DNA of 64,000 nucleotides from Planctomycetota bacterium (GTDB lineage Bacteria; Planctomycetota; B15-G4; JADJEK01): NCBI GenBank assembly GCA_044225365.1, contig JBGAIQ010000004.1, positions 96,001 to 160,000 of the forward strand, read 5' to 3'. Shown piece by piece: positions 57,025 to 64,000 of this stretch (position 1 is its first letter; each line of letters starts with the position of its first letter). The notes under the pieces were generated by a model. It saw only the letters and a program-made list of their open reading frames with translations, ran no database searches and was not told where the DNA came from. The position numbers and the translations under genes were made by a program.

Positions 57025-57735
57025 TCACAGCCCTCGCTCCAGTTGCTTCTTCAAGTCGGCGAAGGCGGCGTCGACGCCGGCGTGGTACGCCGCGCGATTT
57101 GCACCGATCTCGATGCGAACGGACGAGCGTTGGAGCGTGCGGTCCTCCACGACGGCGGGAGTCTCGGGAAGCTGCATCTTCTCGGCGAGCTTCGCGGCGG
57201 CGGACTGGACGATGGAGACGTCGTCCGGATGCAGGTAGATCACGATTCCCGACGCTCCGAAGCGCGCCTTCTCGAGCGCGTTCTTCACGAACTCCACGAT
57301 GCGCTCCGGCTTCACCACGAACTCGCACTCGACCACGCGATGCGCGAGCTTGAAAGCGTAGGCGACGACGTCCTTCGGGTACTTGTTGGTCCACGACTCG
57401 ACCGCCTGACGCATCGACGTCAACAACGCCTCCACGCGCTGCGTGACGGCGGCGCGCGCTTCGTTCGCGGCGTTGACCTTGATCTTCTCCGCTTCGATCT
57501 CGGCGGCCGCGCGCAGATCGACGGCCTTGTCCTTCGCCTCCTGCACGATGCGCGCCGCCTCCGCTCGCGCTGCCGCGAGTTCGGCAGCGGCGGCGGCCTT
57601 CAATTCGTCGATCTCGACCGCGCTCTTCTTGAGGAGTCGGGCGGCCGAATACAGCGGTGCGATCGCGATCGCGTCACCCTTCAGGATGCGCGCTTGCGAT
57701 GTGCCGCCTTGATTCGTCTCGACCGGGTCGACCAT
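57025..57735 (-). CDS. sctL: T3SS stator SctL (FliH family)
   Basis: Ala/Glu coiled coil then IVIYLHPDD and VEDRTL..VRIE; upstream of the ATPase. Confidence 0.8.
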   Translation of the reverse strand: MVDPVETNQGGTSQARILKGDAIAIAPLYSAARLLKKSAVEIDELKAAAAAELAAARAEAARIVQEAKDKAVDLRAAAEIEAEKIKVNAANEARAAVTQRVEALLTSMRQAVESWTNKYPKDVVAYAFKLAHRVVECEFVVKPERIVEFVKNALEKARFGASGIVIYLHPDDVSIVQSAAAKLAEKMQLPETPAVVEDRTLQRSSVRIEIGANRAAYHAGVDAAFADLKKQLERGL

Positions 57736-57782
57736 GACTCCACTCTCCGATGTTCTCGAATGGCTCTCGAACGCTCAGCGAT

Positions 57783-58676
57783 TCACTGTGTAAGAAAGAC
57801 TTGCTCGGCGAGCGCCTCCGCGATCGCCCACTCCTCGCTGCCCGCCGCGATCGGCAACACGTCGCTCTCGTTCAGCTTCTTCACGATCACGGTGACCGCG
57901 AGTTCCATGGCGCGCATGCGCAGGGATTCGTCGAGCGCCTTGAACAACGTCGCGAGCAAGGTGCGACCGAGGAGGTCGCCGACCCGCTTCGGTCCGCGCG
58001 TCGGATCGGAAGCGATCCTCTGCCAGGCCGCAAGCCACTCACTCACCAGCTTCGATTCGACGACGGGCTGCGCCGCCCCGCGCGCCGCAGCCTCCTGCGA
58101 CTCCGCGATGAGTTCGAGCACGCGACGCACCGTGTTCGAATGGAGTGGACGCAATCGCGTACGCACATCGAGCTCGGGATTCGCGAGCAATGCCGCCGCG
58201 ATCATGCGCGCCGAGAGCTCCATGCATCCGCGCTGGACGATGTCGCCCGACGCCTTTGCGAGCGCGACGAAGAGCGGAGGCAGACTGCCCCACACGGTCA
58301 CCACTTCGGCGTGGCGGTCGATATCGCGACGTCGCAACCAGTACGCGAGCGGCTCGCGCGTCTGGAGATTCCGATCGACGTCGATCCCGAAGCGTTCGGC
58401 CTCGAGCATCGCAAGTTCGTCGAACAACAGATCCGTGAACGATGCCGCCGTCGACGTCGTTTCGCGGATCGATTCCGCCTCGGGATGCAGCTCGAGCATG
58501 TGCTCCGCGAGCGCCTCCCCCGCGCCTCCCCGCCGCTTCAGATCCGCGAGCAGGAACGACCATGCCTCGCACTTGAAATCGCGTGGAGGCGGGGACGGCG
58601 GACCGCGGAGCGTCTCGTCGCCCGCGCCTTCCACGCTTTCCATGCCGCCTGGACCGAGGAGCGATTCGCCCGTCAT
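57783..58676 (-). CDS. Hypothetical helical protein in the SctK position
   Basis: 297-aa ORF between sctJ and sctL; assignment by synteny only. Confidence 0.55.
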   Translation of the reverse strand: MTGESLLGPGGMESVEGAGDETLRGPPSPPPRDFKCEAWSFLLADLKRRGGAGEALAEHMLELHPEAESIRETTSTAASFTDLLFDELAMLEAERFGIDVDRNLQTREPLAYWLRRRDIDRHAEVVTVWGSLPPLFVALAKASGDIVQRGCMELSARMIAAALLANPELDVRTRLRPLHSNTVRRVLELIAESQEAAARGAAQPVVESKLVSEWLAAWQRIASDPTRGPKRVGDLLGRTLLATLFKALDESLRMRAMELAVTVIVKKLNESDVLPIAAGSEEWAIAEALAEQVFLTQ

Positions 58677-58718
58677 CGAAGCCTCACAGGATCAATGGAG
58701 GACGACGGGTTCATGGAC

Positions 58719-59738
58719 TCAGCGCCGCGTCAGCTTGCGAAGGGCGGCGCGCGCCTTGATGACCGAGATGATGCAGACGACGGCGACGAGACCCAGGGCG
58801 ATCAGACCGACCTGATACAAGAGATCGCGACCGCCACCACTCGACGCGCCCGGATTCGGCGCTTCACTCGCCAGGAGCTTGCGCCGCGCACCGTCCGGAT
58901 CGCTCTTGAAGTCACGCTCGACTGCATCGACGAAGGACGCCCATTCCGGAGCCGCGAGGAACGACTTCGGCATCTCGCCGCTGCCGCTCGCGACCGCAGC
59001 GACGTCGCCCGACCGGAGAACGCCTGGCTGACCCTCCACGGTGACCATCACGCCAACGTGCTTGGGATCGAGACCCTCGACGCCGTTCGCAACCGATTGA
59101 CGGACGAACTCGGAATCGGTCTTCGCGACGAAGGGCGCGTCGGGCGTCACACTCGCCGCAGGTGCGTTCGCATCGAGGAACGGCTTCGCGTAGGTCGCAT
59201 CGCGGAACTTCAACATCACCGACGCCGAGGCCGGCGTCTTGTCCTTCGGCTCCGCTCCGCGGGCGTCCTTCGGCATCGCGATCGCGACGCGCACGTCGAT
59301 GACACCGGGAATCGTGAGCAGGGAATTCTGCAGCTCGCCTTCCTTCGCGTGGATGTAGCGAGCGCGGTCCTCGGTCTCGCTCGGAATGAGCTTGCCGCCG
59401 GCGAACATCTCCTCGAAGCCGGGATACTTGATCCGGGGGCGATTGCTGCGAACGAGGTCGCGAAACGCACGGTCGAGGTCGTCGTGGGTGCAGTCGAGGA
59501 TCTTGATCTCCCAGACCGTCTTCTGCCCGTCCTTCACCGCCTCCTTCACGGCGGTCAGGTGCGAGGCCTCCAGGCTGTCGTGGAGCAGATCGAGGATCTC
59601 GATCGCGTCGCGCTCGTCCGGGACGCGCACCAGTTCGCGATTCTCGCGATCGCCGCACGCCGTGGCCAACGCGAGCAGCATCGCCCCGAATCCGAGGCAA
59701 CGCCCGCGCCTGCCGAATTTCGACCTCTGCTCGTCCAT
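58719..59738 (-). CDS. sctJ: T3SS inner-membrane ring lipoprotein SctJ (YscJ/PrgK family)
   Basis: Lipobox LATAC; ERDAIEI; LIPSETEDRARY..EGELQNSLLTIPGVIDVRVAI; ASASVML; VANGVEGL; C-terminal TM plus basic tail. Confidence 0.9.
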   Translation of the reverse strand: MDEQRSKFGRRGRCLGFGAMLLALATACGDRENRELVRVPDERDAIEILDLLHDSLEASHLTAVKEAVKDGQKTVWEIKILDCTHDDLDRAFRDLVRSNRPRIKYPGFEEMFAGGKLIPSETEDRARYIHAKEGELQNSLLTIPGVIDVRVAIAMPKDARGAEPKDKTPASASVMLKFRDATYAKPFLDANAPAASVTPDAPFVAKTDSEFVRQSVANGVEGLDPKHVGVMVTVEGQPGVLRSGDVAAVASGSGEMPKSFLAAPEWASFVDAVERDFKSDPDGARRKLLASEAPNPGASSGGGRDLLYQVGLIALGLVAVVCIISVIKARAALRKLTRR

Positions 59739-59859
59739 CTCGATTCCTCGTTCGTCGTCCGTCGCCAACCCGTTTGCTTCGCGATCGACCGGCCGTCCGG
59801 TCCGACTGGGTCGGCTGGGGCAAACAGAATACCGGTTGTCGGGCCCCTTGTGGCCCGCC

Positions 59860-60402
59860 TCAGATTTGCGTCTGCATCGCGGTCTTCGCCGCCGATGTGC
59901 CGTGTTCGACCACTTTGGAGGCGACCTCCATCGCGAAGGACACGTCGTTCATCTCCATTTGCAGGGCCAGGAGGTTCACGTTGTAGTTGTCGTAGAAGTC
60001 CTTGATCTCCGGCCTTCGATCGCGGACCGTCGGGTCTTCTTTGATCGCTTCGCGGTAGCCCTTGTCGCGCTTCACCAGTTCATCCATCCGACCGTGGACC
60101 TTGCTCCAGGCCTGGAAGACTCCGTCGAGCATGCCCGACTTCTTCACGTCGACCGGCGCGGTCACTTTGGTGGTCTCGGCGACCGCCTGGGTCGGCGCGG
60201 GCGGCGCCGCTGATTGGCCCTGCGCGAGCGATCCCGTGCTCACCTGCGTCGAGTTCGACGGCTGCGGTGGTCCCGCGAGTTGGTGTTGCGAGATGAAATC
60301 CTTCGCACCCTGAACGACCTCATGGACCCATTTCTCGAGATCGACCGGCGGCTTCGGCGCGGGTTGCGCCGGCATCGCAGTGAGTGGATCGATGAGTCCC
60401 AT
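59860..60402 (-). CDS. Probable inner rod protein SctI
   Basis: C-terminal LLALQMEMNDVSFAMEVASKVVEHGTSAAKTAMQTQ typical of SctI; directly upstream of sctJ. Confidence 0.75.
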   Translation of the reverse strand: MGLIDPLTAMPAQPAPKPPVDLEKWVHEVVQGAKDFISQHQLAGPPQPSNSTQVSTGSLAQGQSAAPPAPTQAVAETTKVTAPVDVKKSGMLDGVFQAWSKVHGRMDELVKRDKGYREAIKEDPTVRDRRPEIKDFYDNYNVNLLALQMEMNDVSFAMEVASKVVEHGTSAAKTAMQTQI

Positions 60403-60433
60403 GATGACGACCTTCTGACTTCGTTTCGTCCGT

Positions 60434-60808
60434 TCAGGCTCCGCGCGAGGCGCGGTCGAACAGATCGTTGAACAAGGAACGCAATCGAGGTTCGTCCTCG
60501 AATGCGGCGGAAACGGATTCCCGCATCTTCGGCGTCGCTGCCTTGCCGAACGCTTCATCGAGCTCGGCACCGACGACTTCGTGAAGGATCTGGTCCTTCG
60601 AGAGATTTCGCGCGAGGCCGTCGCGGATGCGAGCATGCATCCGCGCTGCGAGCGCTGCGTCCGAACCCGCCGTCGGCGCAACGGGGCCGACGCTGCCGAC
60701 CGACTTGATGAAGTCGGTCTTGCCGACCTTGTCGGGTCCTTGCGTCGATTGCGGACCCCGAGGCTTCTCGGGGCCGCCTGCGCCTTGCGATCGATCGATG
60801 CGGGTCAT
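60434..60808 (-). CDS. Hypothetical T3SS-operon protein (124 aa)
   Basis: GGAGAG RBS; disordered N-terminus, helical C-terminus; yscH-equivalent position. Confidence 0.65.
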   Translation of the reverse strand: MTRIDRSQGAGGPEKPRGPQSTQGPDKVGKTDFIKSVGSVGPVAPTAGSDAALAARMHARIRDGLARNLSKDQILHEVVGAELDEAFGKAATPKMRESVSAAFEDEPRLRSLFNDLFDRASRGA

Positions 60809-60854
60809 CTCGAACTCTCCGTCCTGTATCTTGGGTTCGTGGCTCTCGAACTCA

Positions 60855-61295
60855 TCACGCCGGCGGCGGACGCTTCAACGCTTCGACGTACGATCGCGCC
60901 GCCTCGGCCTCGTCGCTTCCGGGATCGAGTTCGATCACCTTTGCGAAGGCCTTCTCGGCGAGCGCGGGCTTGCGATGGAGGACCCACGCCTCGCCCTTCT
61001 TGCGGAAGATCATCGCGAGCGTCCTGGCGTCCGCGTGCGGGCTCTTGGCCGCACGATCGTACTCCTGGATCGCCCCCGAAAGATCCTCGCGCTGCCGCTT
61101 GCTGTCGCCCAGTCCGATGAACCCGGTCGCGTCGTTCGGCGCCAGCGTCGTGATCGCTCCGAAGATCACTTCCGCCTCCTCCGCGCGATGCAGATCGAGG
61201 CAAAGGAACCCGGCCTCGGCGAGGAAATGGAGCGGCTCCTGATCTTCTTTCAGATGGAGCTGCTCCGAGAGTTGGGATTCCTTCGCCTTGCCCAT
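60855..61295 (-). CDS. TPR-containing T3SS chaperone (YscG/SycD-like)
   Basis: About three TPRs (LAEAGFL..AEVIF, IGLGD..AIQEY, KKGEAW..AEKAFAKVIELDP). Confidence 0.75.
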   Translation of the reverse strand: MGKAKESQLSEQLHLKEDQEPLHFLAEAGFLCLDLHRAEEAEVIFGAITTLAPNDATGFIGLGDSKRQREDLSGAIQEYDRAAKSPHADARTLAMIFRKKGEAWVLHRKPALAEKAFAKVIELDPGSDEAEAARSYVEALKRPPPA

Positions 61296-61342
61296 GATTC
61301 ACGATCTCCGCTGGTGCGACCACGTCGAGCGTTTGCGAGCCG

Positions 61343-61684
61343 TCACGGCCGCATGTTGCGCACGAGGTTCATCCGCGATTCGTGCTCCGTCTTCGAGATG
61401 TTCGAGATCATCGAGAACGTCTGCATCTCGAGCTGGAGGCGATTCTGTTCCTCGAGCAACGTGGCGAGATCGCTCGTGCCGCCCGCACCTCCGGCGCCGC
61501 CGCCCGCGAGCCCACCGGTCTTGCCACCGATGGCGCCGCCGAGCGCCGACTTGCCGACGGTGCCCGCACCATTCAGCAGCATCCCGAAGGATGCGGAAAG
61601 GCCGTCATACCAGTTGCCCGTAGACGCGGACCCGGAATTGTAGACGGCGGAGAAGTTCGCTGCGCTGTTGACGTTGAGACCCAT
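61343..61684 (-). CDS. Probable needle/filament subunit (SctF-like)
   Basis: 113 aa, strong AAGGAG RBS, Gly-rich middle, C-terminal LQLEMQTFSMISNISKTEHESRMNLVRNM helix; between two chaperone-like genes. Confidence 0.7.
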   Translation of the reverse strand: MGLNVNSAANFSAVYNSGSASTGNWYDGLSASFGMLLNGAGTVGKSALGGAIGGKTGGLAGGGAGGAGGTSDLATLLEEQNRLQLEMQTFSMISNISKTEHESRMNLVRNMRP

Positions 61685-61763
61685 GACATCTGCTCCTTTG
61701 GAGGGCTCGACCGTCGCGGAATGGGCGGCGGATGACGAAGCGCTCTCACCACGAAACAGGCGG

Positions 61764-61793
61764 GTTCTCGGCGGAAGAACGACAAGTGTTGCA
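61764..61793 (-). promoter_or_regulatory. T3SS upstream motif copy (TGCAAC-N15-GCCGAGAAC)
   Basis: About 80 nt upstream of the needle-like gene. Confidence 0.55.
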
Positions 61794-61856
61794 GTGGAAC
61801 TCGCGACCCTCAAACCTCGACGAGGCTGGCGAGACTCCCCACGAAGTCGCCGTAAG

Positions 61857-62147
61857 TCACTTTTGGTTATTCGGTAAAGCGATCTGTATCGCGACGGAAG
61901 CGGCGAGCTCCATCGCGCGAAGCACGCGCTCCGCTTCCTCGCGACGTTTGTGATTCGTCTCGCTTGCCCGAATCTCCTCGACGGCCCGGCGGACGTCCTC
62001 GACGAATCGCCGAAGCCGCGGCTCGGGCGCGCCGGACCGCAGCTCTCCCACGATCGAGAGCAGCGTCGGGTAGCGCTGTTTCAACAGCCCCTCGATCGCG
62101 TCGGTTCCCAAATCGGCCTCGCGATTTCGATCCATCGGCTCGTTCAT
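61857..62147 (-). CDS. Small helical protein in the YscE position
   Basis: 96 aa from MNEPMDR; ATGA overlap with the upstream lipoprotein gene. Confidence 0.6.
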   Translation of the reverse strand: MNEPMDRNREADLGTDAIEGLLKQRYPTLLSIVGELRSGAPEPRLRRFVEDVRRAVEEIRASETNHKRREEAERVLRAMELAASVAIQIALPNNQK

Positions 62148-63625
62148 CTCGTGCCTTCCTTCGGATTCGATATGACTTCGTCGCGGCGGACGCGCAAGCG
62201 ATGCAGGCGTTCGTCGGCGGCGCTCTCCGCCGCGGGCGGAAGCTCGACCGCGAGCTCCTCGAGCGCGAGCAGCCACTGTTCGCAAGCGACTCGATTGCGC
62301 TCGAACTCTCGTTTCGCCGCGGCGTCCTTTCCCGCGAACGGCGCATAGAAGCGCAATGTCGCGAGGTCGTAGCCGACGCGCACGGCGATGAGATCGAACA
62401 ACAGCCCGGGATCCTGCGCGATGCGCTTTCCCGGCGTGCCGATGAACTCCGCCGTCAAATTCTCGACCGATTCATAGAGGGAGCGTTTCGTGGCGATCTC
62501 GGTCGCGACGTCGTTCAGTTCGACGAAGCGCGAGACGCGGAACTCGGCGTAACCGCAGATCGCCGAGAAACACGCAAAACGCACGCGGGGGTCGTTTCGG
62601 ACCATCGGACCGTTGTTCTCGATCATCGAGCGAGCGATGTCGTAGGCCGCGAGGAAGGAGTCGTCGGTGCGCGTCGGCAGCTCCGTCGCGAGGCGGAGCT
62701 GGACCTTCAAGAGTTCGAGCTTCGCTTCGAAGCAGTTGGGATCGAGCTTGCCGAGGAGATCGTCGAGGTTCTTCTTGTATTGCGCGAGGAGCACGGGCGT
62801 CACCGGCTGCTTCTCGAAATCGAACCGCGCGAGATCGAACGCGAGCGTGCCGAGTCGGTGGCGCGCCTTCAGTTTGCCGATCACGTCGACGCCCTGCGCA
62901 GCGATCGATGCGTCGTTCGAGTGCCCTCCGCCGCCTGCGGCGGTGACCGCGTCGATCGGTACCGCGGCCTTGTTCCCGAGGTCGAACGCGAGATAACGGT
63001 CGATCACGCGCAGGCGCTCCAGCATCTCGAGCGGCGGCGTCAGGAGGTTCGAGTAGAAATCGTCCTGGGGAGGCAGGGGATCGTCCATCCGGCCGCCGTG
63101 TTCGAGCCAGCAAATCGCACGCTGTGCGTCCTCGAGGTCCTTCTTGGCCTGAGCGAGCGCCTCGATGGTCATGTCCGACTGACGTCGCGTGAGGTGGAGT
63201 TCCGCGCGCAGCAGGAATGCGGGCGCAAAACCCTTGTCCTCGGCCGCAGCGGCGGTCGCGAGTCGCAGCGCTTCCTCGACACCGTCGGCCCCGTTCGCTT
63301 CGAGCACGAGCTTGCCGAGCACCGTCTTGGACAACCCGTTCCGCCCGCCGCCCTGCGCATCCGCCTGCCGCGCCTTCTCGATCGCGGCCTGCATGTGCGA
63401 GGTGAACTCAGGGCCGCGCTGGACGAGCGCGTGAGCACGCCCCCACTGCTCGAGGCAGTCCTGGATCAGCGTCTCGACTTCCTTGCTCGGACGATCGACG
63501 GGGGGCGGCGGCGGCACGACGGGCTGCGGACAGCCCACGGCGAGAAGCAGCACGAAACTGGGAACGATGAGATCGCACAGTCGGCGAGCCCAGCTTCGGT
63601 GAGTCGGGTCGTACCTCCGGCGCAT
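62144..63625 (-). CDS. Lipoprotein with helical/TPR-like repeats heading the T3SS operon
   Basis: Lipobox AVGC followed by a poly-Pro linker; GGAGAGG RBS. Confidence 0.7.
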   Translation of the reverse strand: MRRRYDPTHRSWARRLCDLIVPSFVLLLAVGCPQPVVPPPPPVDRPSKEVETLIQDCLEQWGRAHALVQRGPEFTSHMQAAIEKARQADAQGGGRNGLSKTVLGKLVLEANGADGVEEALRLATAAAAEDKGFAPAFLLRAELHLTRRQSDMTIEALAQAKKDLEDAQRAICWLEHGGRMDDPLPPQDDFYSNLLTPPLEMLERLRVIDRYLAFDLGNKAAVPIDAVTAAGGGGHSNDASIAAQGVDVIGKLKARHRLGTLAFDLARFDFEKQPVTPVLLAQYKKNLDDLLGKLDPNCFEAKLELLKVQLRLATELPTRTDDSFLAAYDIARSMIENNGPMVRNDPRVRFACFSAICGYAEFRVSRFVELNDVATEIATKRSLYESVENLTAEFIGTPGKRIAQDPGLLFDLIAVRVGYDLATLRFYAPFAGKDAAAKREFERNRVACEQWLLALEELAVELPPAAESAADERLHRLRVRRDEVISNPKEGTR

Positions 63626-63800
63626 CGTTCCTCTCCTGCCTCGAGCCTCGAATCCGAGCCATGCATTGCAAGATCGTCGATCGGCGACTCGCCCACTCCA
63701 ACGAGCTCGCCAAAGGGCGATGGGCGGAGTCTACCGGTCGACGAACTCGACCGAGCACGCGACCGAGCAAGAAGCGCCGACGACGCGTGTCTCGGCGAGA

Positions 63801-63829
63801 GGGATCGGCCCGATTCGGCGATCGTTGCA
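63801..63829 (-). promoter_or_regulatory. T3SS upstream motif copy (TGCAAC-N14-GCCGATCCC)
   Basis: In the intergenic region about 175 nt upstream of the first operon gene. Confidence 0.5.
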
Positions 63830-63833
63830 CGCC

Positions 63834-64000
63834 TCAGTGCGATGCCGGCCGGAATCCGATCCATTCGAACGACTTCGATCCGCCCACCGACGGTACGTAG
63901 ACCGTCCCGAGTGTTCCAACAGTCGCCGAGTACACGAGCGGATAGCCGCCCGCCAGGAATCCGCCGATGCCGGTTCCGCTGGGATTGGTCACCTTCACGG
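63834..64000 (-). CDS. C-terminal end of a gene entering from the right edge
   Basis: Open frame ...VKVTNPSGTGIGGFLAGGYPLVYSATVGTLGTVYVPSVGGSKSFEWIGFRPASH-stop; function unknown. Confidence 0.55.
   Translation of the reverse strand, partial: VKVTNPSGTGIGGFLAGGYPLVYSATVGTLGTVYVPSVGGSKSFEWIGFRPASH

Noticed and set aside
56150-57394. 414-aa minus-strand ORF across the RAYT region
   Set aside because: Alternative frame running through the REP repeats and overlapping sctL and the RAYT.

Overview
High-GC bacterial window. The gene styles (ECF sigma factor fused to a large extracytoplasmic domain, secreted proteins with a Cys-containing C-terminal domain) suggest Planctomycetota; this is inference only. 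The main feature is a non-flagellar type III secretion system on the minus strand, split in two blocks. The main operon (49.8-63.6 kb) runs lipoprotein, E-like, F-like, TPR chaperone, orf, sctI-J-K-L, RAYT/REP insert, sctN-O-P-Q, fliO-like, sctR-S-T. A second block (30.3-35.1 kb) holds sctU, a GDPH/MIIA-domain protein and sctV. No secretin, SctD, gatekeeper or translocon gene is recognisable in the window. The MIIA protein and the needle-like subunit share a C-terminal KTEHxxRMxxxRN helix. Four T3SS transcription units are preceded by the same GCAAC-N14/15-RCCG motif. The rest of the window holds chemotaxis genes (partial cheA, MCP), a transketolase, egtBD, secreted enzymes, a poly-HAMP hybrid kinase with 14 repeats, three REP-like families and a 168-bp MITE-like element. 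All calls come from reading motifs by eye; no database searches were run.
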